64,000 nt of DNA from Adineta vaga. Its lineage: Eukaryota; Animalia; Rotifera. Numbering within the stretch: the first letter of the stretch is position 1; the number at the start of each line of letters is the position of its first letter. Made by a program: the position numbers and the translations under genes. The stretch spans positions 9,424,001-9,488,000 of the forward strand of contig CP075493.1 in the NCBI GenBank assembly GCA_021613535.1. Reading direction: 5' to 3'. Under the pieces are notes generated by a model. The model saw only the letters and a list, made by a program, of their open reading frames with translations, ran no database searches and had not been told where the DNA came from. Shown here piece after piece: positions 12,501 to 25,338 of this stretch.

Positions 12501-13367
12501 CTTTCCCAACACTGTATTGTCACCAATTGCAATCACTACAGCTTCACCTGTTCCTTGTTCAACCATTGTCGAGTAAAATCCTATGTTTGTTGATTCCATA
12601 AATGTGGCACTGCTACATCGAATTGTGATTGAAACTGGTTTTGATTCACCTGTCAACTCGGATGTATTTACCTAACATAAACAAACAAACGAATAACAGT
12701 CAAGTGAAAAGGTAGCGGAAAGATGAGTGTGCATTACTTTGAGACCATCACAAGCAATGAATCGACAATCAGCAGGTAGTTTATCACCCATTCGAATGAG
12801 AATAATATCACCTGGAACGAGTTCATCTGTGACAACTTGTTGTTCTCGTCCATCTCGTCGAACAGTTGCGAGAGTTGGTAGGAGTTTAGAAAATGCGGCG
12901 ACAATTTTGATTGATTTGAGTTGTTGATAAACATTCAGAATTGAATTGCAAGTAATGACAATAAATATAACGATGCTTAATGCTAGATTTGACTTGGAAG
13001 ATTTTGAATCACCTAAAGGTTTATATGCAAGAAAGGCGAGAATACCTGCAAACCAGAGAATACTATTGAATCCTGAAAATAATTGTTTTAGGAGAAGTAA
13101 AAAATAGTTTGGTGGATCAGGAGGTGTAAGTTTATTATCGCCATAATAATAATGGGCCTCGGCTACGATATCAGTAGACAGGCCGGTTTTCGGATCGGTT
13201 TGAAAACGATCATAGAGTTCGTCAAGAGGAATCGTATGGAGATCCTGTTCAGATGAGGATTTTTCGTTTGAGGACCATAATGTAACGTTGGAATCTTTTG
13301 GGATAGACACTTGTTCCTTAGTATTATTATCGGATTTCAGATCGCTTTGAAAACTTGCATTATCCAT
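9512..13367 (-). CDS. P-type ATPase, P2C (Na+/K+, H+/K+)-like scaffold, copy 1; atypical cation site
   Basis: TGES, DKTGTLTQN, KGAPD, DPPR, MVTGDHPTTAKAIA, FARTTPEQK and TGDGTNDAPAL all intact; exons joined across short GT-AG introns; M4 reads AFLPMGLP. Confidence 0.95.
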
Positions 13368-16003
13368 TGTGAAGAATAAAATCAGAACGTAACTTTTCTT
13401 TGATTCATTTTGAAAAATTATAAATAAATGTAGTATACAATTAGATGTACCATGATAATACAATCATATTTAGAAATATTCTGAAACAATTAGAATTCAA
13501 AATAAGCAAACAATATGATTGTCAATATTATTATCTTTCATCGTCAATTTCTCAATGCAAAATTGAAAAAGAAAACTTTTGAAGAAGTTAGCAATATAAA
13601 GAGCAATTTGTTTACACTATCCATTCGTTTAAAGATTCTATGGTTAAAGCAATACAACATAAAAATAAATGATTGTACAAGAAAACGTGTTCACCGTGCG
13701 ATGCGTTCTGCTTGATTGCATTCATATAAGCGTAATGTCAAAATGGTTTGCTTATATTAGTCAACGAAAATAATATTCGAAATAAATATGTAGATGCCTC
13801 TCAAATCCTGTTCTTTGAAAAAGTCATTTTTGCAAGATTGATTTTGAATTAAAAAAGAAACAACATTAAATAATACTGAATCAATTTTTATCATTAGTTA
13901 TTTTTTCTTGTAAATACTTCCTTATCGATTTTATATATTCTCGAAATTCTTTATTTAATTATTTCATTATTATATGTATCGTACTGTTCTGGGCATGCTA
14001 CGGTTTTTTAAAAATATCTTTCAGTGACTGTGAATGTAAGAATGTGAATGGCCTAGCCGCACTCTTACGACCGTACTCTACTGAAAGGGATAATTCAGGA
14101 AAATACTGTCACATATTTAATATAATATTCTATATGAAGTTAAGGGAAAGTGCAAGATTTTCTAGAAGACAGACAATCAAATAGATCAACCCAAGATATT
14201 TCTTGTTTAACGCAAAATTAATTATGAATAAAATTATTAATATAATTGCTATACACTTCAAAGATGTAAAATATAAAGCATGATGACTAATAATACAGTT
14301 ATAATATGATATAATCGAATCGAGTAAAATTCTTGTAAATACATTTAACAAACATTCAATCATGATCAAATATATCGAATAATTGTACAGAAAAATACTT
14401 AGATTTGTTCGAATAAGCCATTTTGTTTTTGCTTTGATCATATAAAGAACATATTGCATTGTTTACACCATTTCTAGAGAGAAGAAAAAATGACTGACAT
14501 GCCCGACAATAACAGATGAAAGGATCGTAACTGTACAATTTTTTCTAGCTTCTTTTTCTCAATGATAGAAAAGGAAAGGAATACTTCAAAACGAAAATCA
14601 CGTTTTTCTGTCAATGTAAGTAGAAAAAAAACGGTTGAATTTTCTCCAATAATATCTATTTCACAGCCATACAATGACCTATTAAAATTCTTTCTGAATA
14701 AAAATAACCGAATTGATTTTCAGACTGGAATCATAGGTGTCTCAATCTACGGATAGATGAAGGTACATCTACATCCATACTTTTTGAAGACATTCTAATG
14801 ATGGTTAGTTCAATGTATAGGTCAAAATTTCAAATGGCAAGTCTTCCGGCGATTTTAACTCTCGATTAACACGACATATACTGAACTGTTCTTTTTCTGA
14901 CTAATTCTTTACAAATCTAGTGCTAGCGAACAGATCCAGATGAACCGTGTATCTGATAATATTTGTTTTATACTGATTTCTATTCATTAGATAAAATCAC
15001 TTCATCAAATTGATTAATCATTGGAAATGTGTAATGTTGAAGATTTTTGCATAGACTTCGTACAGTAGGCAATTACTCGATTTGAAATATGTTTCATTCT
15101 ATATGTTCATATCATTTTGTTTCCCGTCTAGAATTTGAGGACAGTTGTATGAATGACCATTTAATCGATCATTTCGATTTCGATATTCGTCGCGAAAACT
15201 TCAAATATAGCTCTCATTATCTATCAGTTCTGATAGAAAACACTTATTGTAAACATTTCCAGTGGATAAATATAATACTACAGCCGTAAGATATTTAGCT
15301 TGAAAGAGCTTTTATAACAACACTTAGTATCAAACAAAATGTTGTTTCTTTGTGAGTGATATGTTAAAGTATTGTTTTCGGATAGACTAGTTTGATATAT
15401 GGAAATATTCGAATAATTACAAAGTTTAACAAAAGAAAGATGAATCTCTCAAATGTACATTGGTGAGATTACTGATGTCATTAATATGTATAAGATTCGA
15501 TCAGTTTCTTAATTGGATTATTTTATATTATTATAAATAATTCTTGATCAGTTTTTCACACTCTTGTTATGGACAAATGCAATAAATATGATGCTATGTC
15601 AGCTTTGAGCATATAACCCATGATTTTGAACTTGAAATATCATGGAATAAGTTTCAATAAAGAAAGATTTTTCATAGTTCTAATCTTGATGTAGAGTTTT
15701 ATTCATTCTAATCATTGTCGGTCATTTTCATGAGTGTGGATTGAATTCAAGTCTAATTCATTTTAAAACTTTGTTTTTACATCGAATATAATTGATTTAC
15801 AATATTCCTACTAAACACAAACTTTATTATATTGATTTAATGAATATGATTATATTTGGAAGATACTTAGAAGAACTGAAGAAAAAATGCACAAAGAAAG
15901 AATCACAATAATACAAAAAATTCAAGTGGATACATATTTCGTTGTAATACCGCACCAGTCGATTTTCTTCAAGTATGTATCTTGACAATATATCGAACTT
16001 CTT

Positions 16004-19000
16004 TTACCAAGCGGTTCTTGCGGCAATACCTCGAGGGTATTTTCTAATACACCATTTTCTAAATTCATCAAGCAGTAGCCATAACATGCCAAATCCTAGT
16101 GTTGGCATCACATATTTCACAGGCACTGGTCCTGTTTGAAAAACACGATTGAACCAACCAACTTGAGTTATAAGCAATTGAACACCAGCAGATATGATCA
16201 TCGCAGCAAAAACATACCAATTTCGTCCTTTACCCCACAATGGATTATGTTGTAGAATCGATGTGTATCGGGTACGAGTAGCAAAATAGTTGAAAAATTG
16301 AAACAAACAAACTGAACAATAATACACTGATTGAGAAACAAATGACATCTCTGTCAATTGTGCAACCGAATAGGGTGTCACAGGATCGATACCAAAGTTT
16401 TCAAAAGTGAACATAAATGAATAGAATGGAACATGATTATCAATCCAATAATAACAGAAACAGAAGAAGCCAGTAAAACATTCTAGATTACCAACAAACA
16501 TGTAAGCATGAAAGAGTAGTTTTATGTTGAGTAAGTGATCTTTTGAGCGAATAGCAGGTGGACGAGACATGATATCACGTTCAGGTTTCTCTGTTACCAT
16601 AGCCAGTGACATAAAAACATCTATAACAAGCATGATAATGATCGAAGTCTAGGGAAATTCAAACATACCATTAACCATACAAAAAATTGTTGCCAAGAAA
16701 GCAGTCAATGCTAGAGGCATACCAAACCAGAGATTGAAGAAAACAGGCCAAATTTGTGACCAAGAACCTAGCATACAAGAAATAATAAAAGGATTCAAGA
16801 TTTGTTCTTTAATAATTTAATTACCTCCAGGTAGAAGATAAACAGCAACTTTCTTCAAATTATCACTTAACAAACGACCTGTTTCAATGGCTTGAATGAT
16901 CGATGCAAAATTATTGTCTAACAATATCATATCACCAGCTTCTTTCGATACTTCAGTTCCCGATTGCATTGCAACACCAAGATGAGCACATTTCAATGCA
17001 GGTGCATCATTTGTACCATCACCTGTCACTGCAACAATTTCAGCACGTCGTTGAAACTCACTGACAATACGAAGCTTTTGTTCTGGTGTTGTTCGTGCAA
17101 AGACTAGTTCTTGATGTGATAATACCCAGTCCCACATGAAATCGTCCATATAATTGATATCAGCACCAGCAACAACAATTGCATATGGAATATATTCCAT
17201 TTTGTCAGTTGGTTCGATGTCAGTATCTGGCTCTTTGAATTGATTTCGAATCGATTGCCATGCACGACGATACCATGGCAAAACTTCAGGAACAATTTCA
17301 CCAGCTGCAATTGATGCTCGTCGCTGTATCTCACGTGCATTTTTCGACAACGAATCGGTTCGTTTGACTTCGCCCGGTTCATGTTGTTGAATGAGTTTGT
17401 CATTTCGATAAAGATTGAGCATAGATTTTCCGTTTGCATCTCTTTCAAGTTTGAATGTGTCGACGCCGTTCATGTCAGCGATTTCCGGTGTGAGAATGTT
17501 AACTTGTTTAGCGATGGCTTTGGCAGTTGTTGGATGATCACCAGTGACCATGGCAACTCGAATTTGAGCTCGTCGAGCTTTGATGACAGCGTCAGGTACT
17601 TCGGGTCGTGGTGGATCGAGTAATGAAAAGAGACCGATGAAACAGTAATTGTTGGAAGCGAAACCATTAAGATCTTCACCTTGACCGGAAGGATTTGCAC
17701 GTTGTTGATCTTTATATTTTTGCATCATAGTATCATATTCTTCACGTGTGTATCGTGATTGACACATAGCAATAACACGATACCCATTCTTACCTAATTC
17801 TTCTTGTCGTTTGAATAATGTATTCTTCATCTCGGCATCTAGTGGCGAAATATCGTCATTATTCATTTTATATGTTGAACAGCGTTGAATGATAATATCT
17901 GGTGCACCTTTTAACATTACTAAGACAGTTCGATCTCGTTCTGGTACGGAGGAATCTAGTGTTTCAAGTTGATTTGCTGTAATCATAAATTTATTAGCTG
18001 AATTAAATGGCAATGCTTTCAAACGTGGATTGACACTACGAACTCTTTCAATATCAACAAAGCATCGGTCAACACAAAGATTGTATAATGCTGTATCGGC
18101 TGCATCTCCAACAACACGTAATTCAGATTTCATTTCTGAAATATCTTGACCAATTTGTGCATCCTGTACGAGTTGTTTTTCAGCATTATTACAGAGTGCA
18201 GCACCGAGCAACAGATCACGAAACGCTTGAATTTGTACTTCACTTGCTTCATTAGGTATGTTATTTTTGTCATTATCGTCGCTTAAAGACGGCATTCGTT
18301 GTGGTTGATTGATATTTCCCGACGATAACTTTCGCACCATTGTTGAGCACCAACAGACAAACGACGAGCTGTATCAATAACACCTGATGAAAGTCGACGA
18401 ATTGTTTGAATAATCGACTCTGGTTGGGCTGGTTCAGAATGAGGTAATGGTACCTTGTAAATACCTTGTGTATCCCATAACAGATGAGTAATAGTCATTT
18501 TATTTTGTGTTAATGTACCAGTTTTATCAGTAGCAATTACAGAAACAGCATTGAATGTTTCAACTATTTGTAAACTTTTGACTAACACACGTTGTCGATA
18601 CATTTGTTTAGCAACAATAGTCAATACTGAAACGAAATAAATACAAGAAAAGTTAATAATTCACATAGATATGATTAATTTTTATTTACCAAGAGTTACG
18701 GCAGATGGTAGACCTACTGGTAAAAAACCAACAATCATACCGATTGAATTAATGATATTTGCATTATATGTAACGAATCCAGAATGGTCACGATTCAACC
18801 ATGCTGCCCATGTTATCCATAGAATTATAATGGCTACAATGGTGGAAAGAACCACAAACAGTACGAATCGATTCACTTCACGATGTAGACCTGTCACTTC
18901 ATCACCTGAACTTCCACGCGTTAATTTCGACATCTTTCCCAACACTGTATTGTCACCAATTGCAATCACTACAGCTTCACCTGTTCCTTGTTCAACCATT

Positions 19001-19821
19001 GTCGAGTAAAATCCTATGTTTGTTGATTCCATAAATGTGGCACTGCTACATCGAATTGTGGTTGAGACTGGTTTTGATTCACCTGTCAACTCGGATGTAT
19101 TTACCTAACATAAACAAATAAATAAACAAACAAACGAATGACAGTCAAGTGAAAAGGTAGCGGAAAGATGAGTGTGCATTACTTTGAGACCATCACAAGC
19201 AATGAATCGACAATCAGCAGGTAGTTTATCACCCATTCGAATGAGAATAATGTCACCTGGAACGAGTTCATCTGTGACAACTTGTTGTTCTCGTCCATCT
19301 CGTCGAACAGTTGCGAGAGTTGGTAGGAGTTTAGAAAATGCGGCGACAATCTTGATTGATTTGAGTTGTTGATAAACATTCAAAATTGAATTGCAAATGA
19401 TGACCAACATAAGTACAACACCCAAGGCCAAGTTTGATATCGATGGATTTGGTTCACCAAATGGTTTATAGGCAAGAAAAGCGAGAATACCTGCAATCCA
19501 AAGAATATTATTGAATCCCATAAACAATTCTTTAAATAGTAGCCAAGTATAAGTTGGCTTTTTTGGTGGTGTAAGTTTATTAGCACCATACTCAGCACGA
19601 GCGTCTTGTACATAACTGCTAGATAAACCAGTACGGGGTTCCGTATGAAAACGCTTGTAAAGATCATCAAGTGGAATAATATGGACATCTTGTTCTAGAC
19701 GAGATTTATCAACAGTAGCCCATAGATCAACAGTTGAATCTTGTCTTGTTTTTGAGTGTTCTCCATTCGGAGCAATAATATGCACCGAAGGTTCATCATG
19801 TTGCAAGGCACGATTATCCAT
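16004..19821 (-). CDS. P-type ATPase, P2C-like scaffold, copy 2 (tandem paralogue); one apparent 1-nt frameshift near 18342
   Basis: Same motifs and intron positions as copy 1; M4 reads GFLPVGLP; ORFs 18283..18624 and 16817..18340 join if one A is restored in gctcaa[a]caatggtg. Confidence 0.93.
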
Positions 19822-21917
19822 TTGAAATTTCGACCTTACAACAGGCGTATTCTGTTGCTTCACTAAAAGTCTAGAAAGATATATACCAAGCAATCTTTTA
19901 TCTAGAATTGAACAGTAGAATTAAATCATGGCGAGATATTAATTACATATAGAATTCTGCAATCAATAATAGAATCTTATAATGATGACAATTTTGCTAT
20001 CTATTTTTCTGCATTTTACTAATGATCAGATAAGAAAATAAAAATATGTACCTAACAATTTATCAAATGATTTGATTGTTTCATGTTGTTGCGTTGATTT
20101 ATATAATGAAAGATAACTATAAAACAGAAAGAAGACTCATATTTTGAAAAGTACGCTTTAACTATCACGATCATTATTATGTCCCTAATATCGACCATCT
20201 ATACGATGAATAATCAACATAAAACATCGTGATACACTTAATATTCATCATTATCATTGTATTTTCTTATCCATCAATCAATAGAAAGAAAACAAAGAAA
20301 AAAAATAAATCACCTTATAGTTGAATTAGTCCTTGGAAAAAGAAATATAATCGATTCATTACTTATTGCACTGATGTCGTACAATTCTTTGCATTAATTG
20401 GGACTCACCGTATAATCGAACTCGTCTCATAGACAATGTTACGAGTTTCAATCAACCGCTGTATAAGTCCAGAAGTAAACATATATTTGTAAAAACTAAT
20501 TTTTCAAACTAAAGAAAAAATATACGATTGAAATAATCTGATGAGAAATACATTCTTCCTCTTGTTAAATATGCGTTTATTTACTGTATGTTTGCTTCAA
20601 TGTACCCTATAGTCTTCTGTGATAGTTTTTTTTTCTCCAACATTTTTTTTTCTCATATAGATCGTTACGTATTAACGATAATGTTCTGGTTGACTGAACT
20701 ATCGAATCAATATACAAGTACATAAAACTATACTTTAATATAATATTTCATCATTTGCAAACATATGTGATGAGATATTTTTCGTTTACTGAATGAGTTA
20801 TAACTATATCTTCTGTCTTTTTCTATTTCATTGACAAGCATGCATATTATAAAAACGTTGTTACGTATGGATAGATATAGGAGTATTGTACTCTACGGGT
20901 TTTCGCAAAAAAATAAAAGAAACGTATATCAGATGAAGTGATTTTATTGATGACGAATTTTGTTTTTGTAAATCATAATTGCATTCATTCTGCTGATGAA
21001 TGTAATATTAAAAAGACATTTATCATTGTCATTACAGTGATTAAAAAAATAGATAGACGTAGAACGTCAAATAAATATTGATCGAGGTTTACTTGAAGTC
21101 TAGCAAAAGTATTAAGAAAACGAATACTATTACACATAATTAAAAATGTATACAAACAGAAAGCAAGAAATTAACAATAATGTTTCAATATATCTCTCAA
21201 AAAGTAGTTCTTATCAATTGAACACAATGAATTAACGTTGTATTGAATCATATCGTTTATTTAGAGGCAGTGATAGAGTTCTTTCATTTATTTAAACATA
21301 TGTGAAATGTACCTTTGACATTTCTTTGTGTTCTCTTTCATTGATTTCATCATCATCATCATTAGCGTAAGTAAAATCTTTCAAATAATCTCTATGACAG
21401 AAAATGTTTTTTCGCATAAAATTGATATAATCACCAATATATTAGAACTCGAGATGTACCAACGTTAATATTCAATACTTTTCATACTTTTTAACTCTGG
21501 GTACATTTTCAATATTACATCATTATAAAGATACACTCTTCATTTTTGTTTCAAGGCAAACTCATTGTATTTTCAAATGATTTCTTATTATCTTTCATTT
21601 ATCATGGGAAAACAAAATACTTCTAAAAAAACTTGAATCGAACAAACTATAATTGAGGAAAGGAAATTTCATATTATCATATGCTATATAACTGTTCAAT
21701 TAATTATTAATATGAAGTTATGATACGTACGAAAATTTATTTTAATTATTAAAAAGACGTCAGAAGAAAAGTACAATATTTAAATCAATTTCGTTTTCTC
21801 TCTCGCAATAGATACAGATAAACAATCTGTGAAATGAAGGACATTTTGTTTGCTTTTTTTGTTGCTCATTTTTCTCACCTTGAATCATTATAATAATTAC
21901 AGTTAATTAGTTTGCAT

Positions 21918-22893
21918 TTAATAATACGTTCTTTGAGGAAGATAGGAATATGGTTGCATAGGTTGAATAGATAATGGTGCATAAGGATTGATTAAATTTG
22001 AAAAAAGATTTTTAGTATTATCATCAAAATAAGCATAATCATCACGATCAAATTCTCCATCACGAAATGTTTGAACAATAAGATTATAAAATTCATCAAG
22101 TAAACGTTGAATTGTTTCATCAAATAATTGTTCACGATTAGGTGTCCATTCAAATGAATTAAAATCATCAGTTGATTTATGTTTTAAAAAATTTGGTATG
22201 CCTAAATAAGGCATTCGGCCACGATCTTGTCGACGTTTATTAAATAATTGTTCAATTTCACCTAGTTTATATAAATATTGTTTTTTCGTTGTTTGAGATA
22301 ATTCTTCAACATCAACGTGTGTACCAATTGGAATTGTTAACCAATCTTTATTCATATAAAGTGAAACAAGAACAATTTCAACAAGTTTTTGTTCTGTTGG
22401 ATGCATTGGTGCTGTATGATCCGATGAATTCGGTCGCCAACGCATACAATCAGTCATTTGTCCTTGACCATTAAATGTAAAGACAAGACCAACGAGATTA
22501 ATACGATGTGTACCAAATAAAGTACGTATTAAATCACGATAAACATCTTCTTGTCCTGCAAACGTATTATGAATTTGATGAATAAGAATATCACCCGTTT
22601 TAATACGTAACATTGCATCATTAAGAACAAAATCTGTTTGCCCATCCACAGAATAAATTAATAGACCAGCATGTACACGTGATGGATGATATTTATTTGA
22701 CATTGGAAGTATTCGTACTTGATTAATATCAAGCATAGCTTGATTACTATTGGAATCTGTATCGGGTGCTATGACTGCAAAATTAAGACCTAAAAATGTC
22801 GCAAATTTGTGATTATTTATAAGAAATAACATATTCTTCAATGATTGGATATATTATTTATTACTAACCTTCGGTAACAATATTCGAATACAT
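21918..22893 (-). CDS. Hypothetical ~295-aa protein, unknown family
   Basis: Short exon MYSNIVTE (ATG 22893) spliced to a long open exon GLNFAVIAPDTD..LPQRTYY*; globular-looking composition; no domain recognised. Confidence 0.75.
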
Positions 22894-23856
22894 TCGATAT
22901 GTATTATGATCAGCTAGTGTATCTTGAAGTAGCTGAAGATTTTGCATAAGACGTAACAACATGATGTTTGTTTATTTTCGTTTTGACAAAAACTATCGTG
23001 CCGATAGAAAATGTATGAAATATATTTTCGTTTTCTATTTTTCTTATTCACCCGTGACAATAATGATATGGATAGAAATATGCAATAATTGGTCAATTTA
23101 TATTCGAGAAGAAAAAAAAAACTGAGACGAAGATACCCAATAAAGATTACAAAGAAAAAAAAGAAATAAAAAGCCAATGAATACAGCAGTAGAATACAAC
23201 ATAAAATATAAGACGTTAAACAAAAACCAGTCTTGATCTTAAGAATTTCCTCTGTGTTTTTTTCTTTCTTCGGAGATCATGGCATTTTCGTAATTAATTC
23301 AGTGAAATAAATAGAAAAGAGAGAGAGAGTGTGTGTGAAGGAGAAAAGAAGATCACATTTGAGATTTTGTTTTTCTTTATTTTAAATAATGATTAGAATG
23401 ATAATAAGGAAGAATAAAATAGTTATGATGATAATACATATGGAACATTGGCAATGAGTTCGAGTGCGATGTCTCTAAATAAAGAAAAATATAACTTCGA
23501 AGAACGTTAATTCACTTTGAGATTATCTTAATTAAAAAAGTTTGTATTCGAGAAAGATTGAGAGGGAGAATATCAATGATCAAGAACGGATAAAAACCTA
23601 AGCTAAGTTGTTTAGTAAAAGAGAGAGATCTTATTCATAGTAGATTATTAAACATTCAATCCTGCATACACATGATTAATCGATCAAAAGAAAGTTTGGA
23701 AATGATTGTATAAATTCTTCTTTTCGTGTTTTAATAACAGTGAGAAATAGAATTTCTGCAAAGGTTTAAGTTCACGGGATTATTGTCAAGGATAACAGAA
23801 ATGATTCTATGAATAGAACTATTCAAATATACAAAAGCATTTTTGATACTAACCCA

Positions 23857-25338
23857 TTAATCGTATCTTTCACTTTTTCAATGTTAAAACCAAAACCAAT
23901 ATAATAATAGCAAGAATAACCAGTAGAACTGTAACTAATATGAACTTTTTACGTCTTGCAGAACTCTTCAAATATAGAATAAAAGAGAAAAATATAAATG
24001 CAAAATATGAATAAAGCTTTTTAAACTAAAAAAAAAGCAACCTGATAAGTTATAGCTTTTGTTAAATGTTGATTGCCTTGTGTGACATTCACTTCAGTAC
24101 TGATTATATGTTGATCAATAGAGTCTAGAAATATGCAGCAAGGTTTCATTAGTTAGTTTGTAAATAATATGCACCAATTCCTTTCTTTTTATGTATATTA
24201 ACTTTTCGAACTCCAATTAATAAAACATTCTCTATATCTTTTCGAAATCAGTTTAGCAGATTAATAGCAGTAAGATAGAATGAAAAATGACACCTGAAAG
24301 GTCTGAGCTTGTGCAACTTCCTGTGCACCGCGATGTGTATGATCAACGGCTACTTCAACATGATTTTGAATGGAATCTTAATAAATATGTTCTGTTTTAT
24401 TCATATCTATAGCTTGTTTAGTGTTTTATTTTGTTAATCTACTTACCAATAACACCACCTTGTTCATGAACAAGTTTAGCAACGTCTTTGAATAATTCGT
24501 TTACTTCAACAATATTTGTCTAAATGATAAAGTGAATCATTAAGTATTTCGAAATCTTTTCACAGAAGAATCAATGAATTACCTCAAGTTCTCGTAATTG
24601 TTCATCACGTTCTCTCAATGCTCTCATGTCTACTTCTTGTTCAATTGGTAGAACAGCTTGTTGCTGTAATGGATCATATGTTGGTGTTGAAACGAAATTG
24701 TCTGTAAATGGTGAATCTGATATTCCTTGTTGACGAAATGAAATAGCTCGTGCACGATCAAGACTTTCTTTTTCTTTTCGTGCTCCAATACGTTGTGCTT
24801 CTTGAAAACGATTTAATGTTGCTAAATATTGTTTTGGTAAATTTTCTGTTAATTGTTTTTTACGTCTCTACACAAGAAAGAAAACAATTCAATAGTTCTT
24901 TTCATCAAATGAGTTAAACCTGATCGGCTTCAGTTAACACACGAGTATTATTGAGTTCTTGTAATGCATCATTGGTTTGTTGCATTAAAGTTTTGGTTTC
25001 ATTTTGTAGACGATGACTAAAAGAAAAAGAAAAAAAGAATTCTTAGTTACTTTTCTATTCTTTCTTTTATTGATTTACTAGCGTTCACGTAATTGTTCAC
25101 TATCTTCTGGAGTACCTAATTTATGGACGAGTTTTTCAAGATCCGTTGCTATGAATAAATAAATAAATAAACAATAATAATAAAAAGATTGATTAGTTTA
25201 TTTAACTGACCATTATTACTAATCTTTGTGAGATTAGTTGAAATTGCATTGTGTAAACGTTGAAAATCACTTGCACTTGCCACTAAAATAAACGAATATG
25301 ATAAAAGAAAAATATCGTATTTAAATCCTATTCTAACT
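23857..25338 (-). CDS. Syntaxin-7/12-like endosomal Qa-SNARE with two alternative SNARE exons
   Basis: Habc region (DFQRLHNAISTNLTKISNN..KLGTPEDSEQLRER), SNARE motif (RERDEQLRELETNIVEVNELFKDVAKLVHEQGGVIDSI), C-terminal TM anchor (RRKKFILVTVLLVILAIIILVLVL). Confidence 0.92.

Noticed and set aside
14100-15750. Possible decayed LRR-like gene between the ATPases (minus-strand fragments such as VPSSIRRLRHL)
   Set aside because: Only short stop-riddled fragments; no family can be supported without a search
18330-18350. Programmed ribosomal frameshift in ATPase copy 2
   Set aside because: No slippery heptamer or obvious stimulatory structure; the paralogue is contiguous at this site
10628-19688. 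Small alternative-frame and antisense ORFs 'conserved' in both ATPase copies
   Set aside because: Explained by near-identical nucleotide tracts between the paralogues; no independent coding signal
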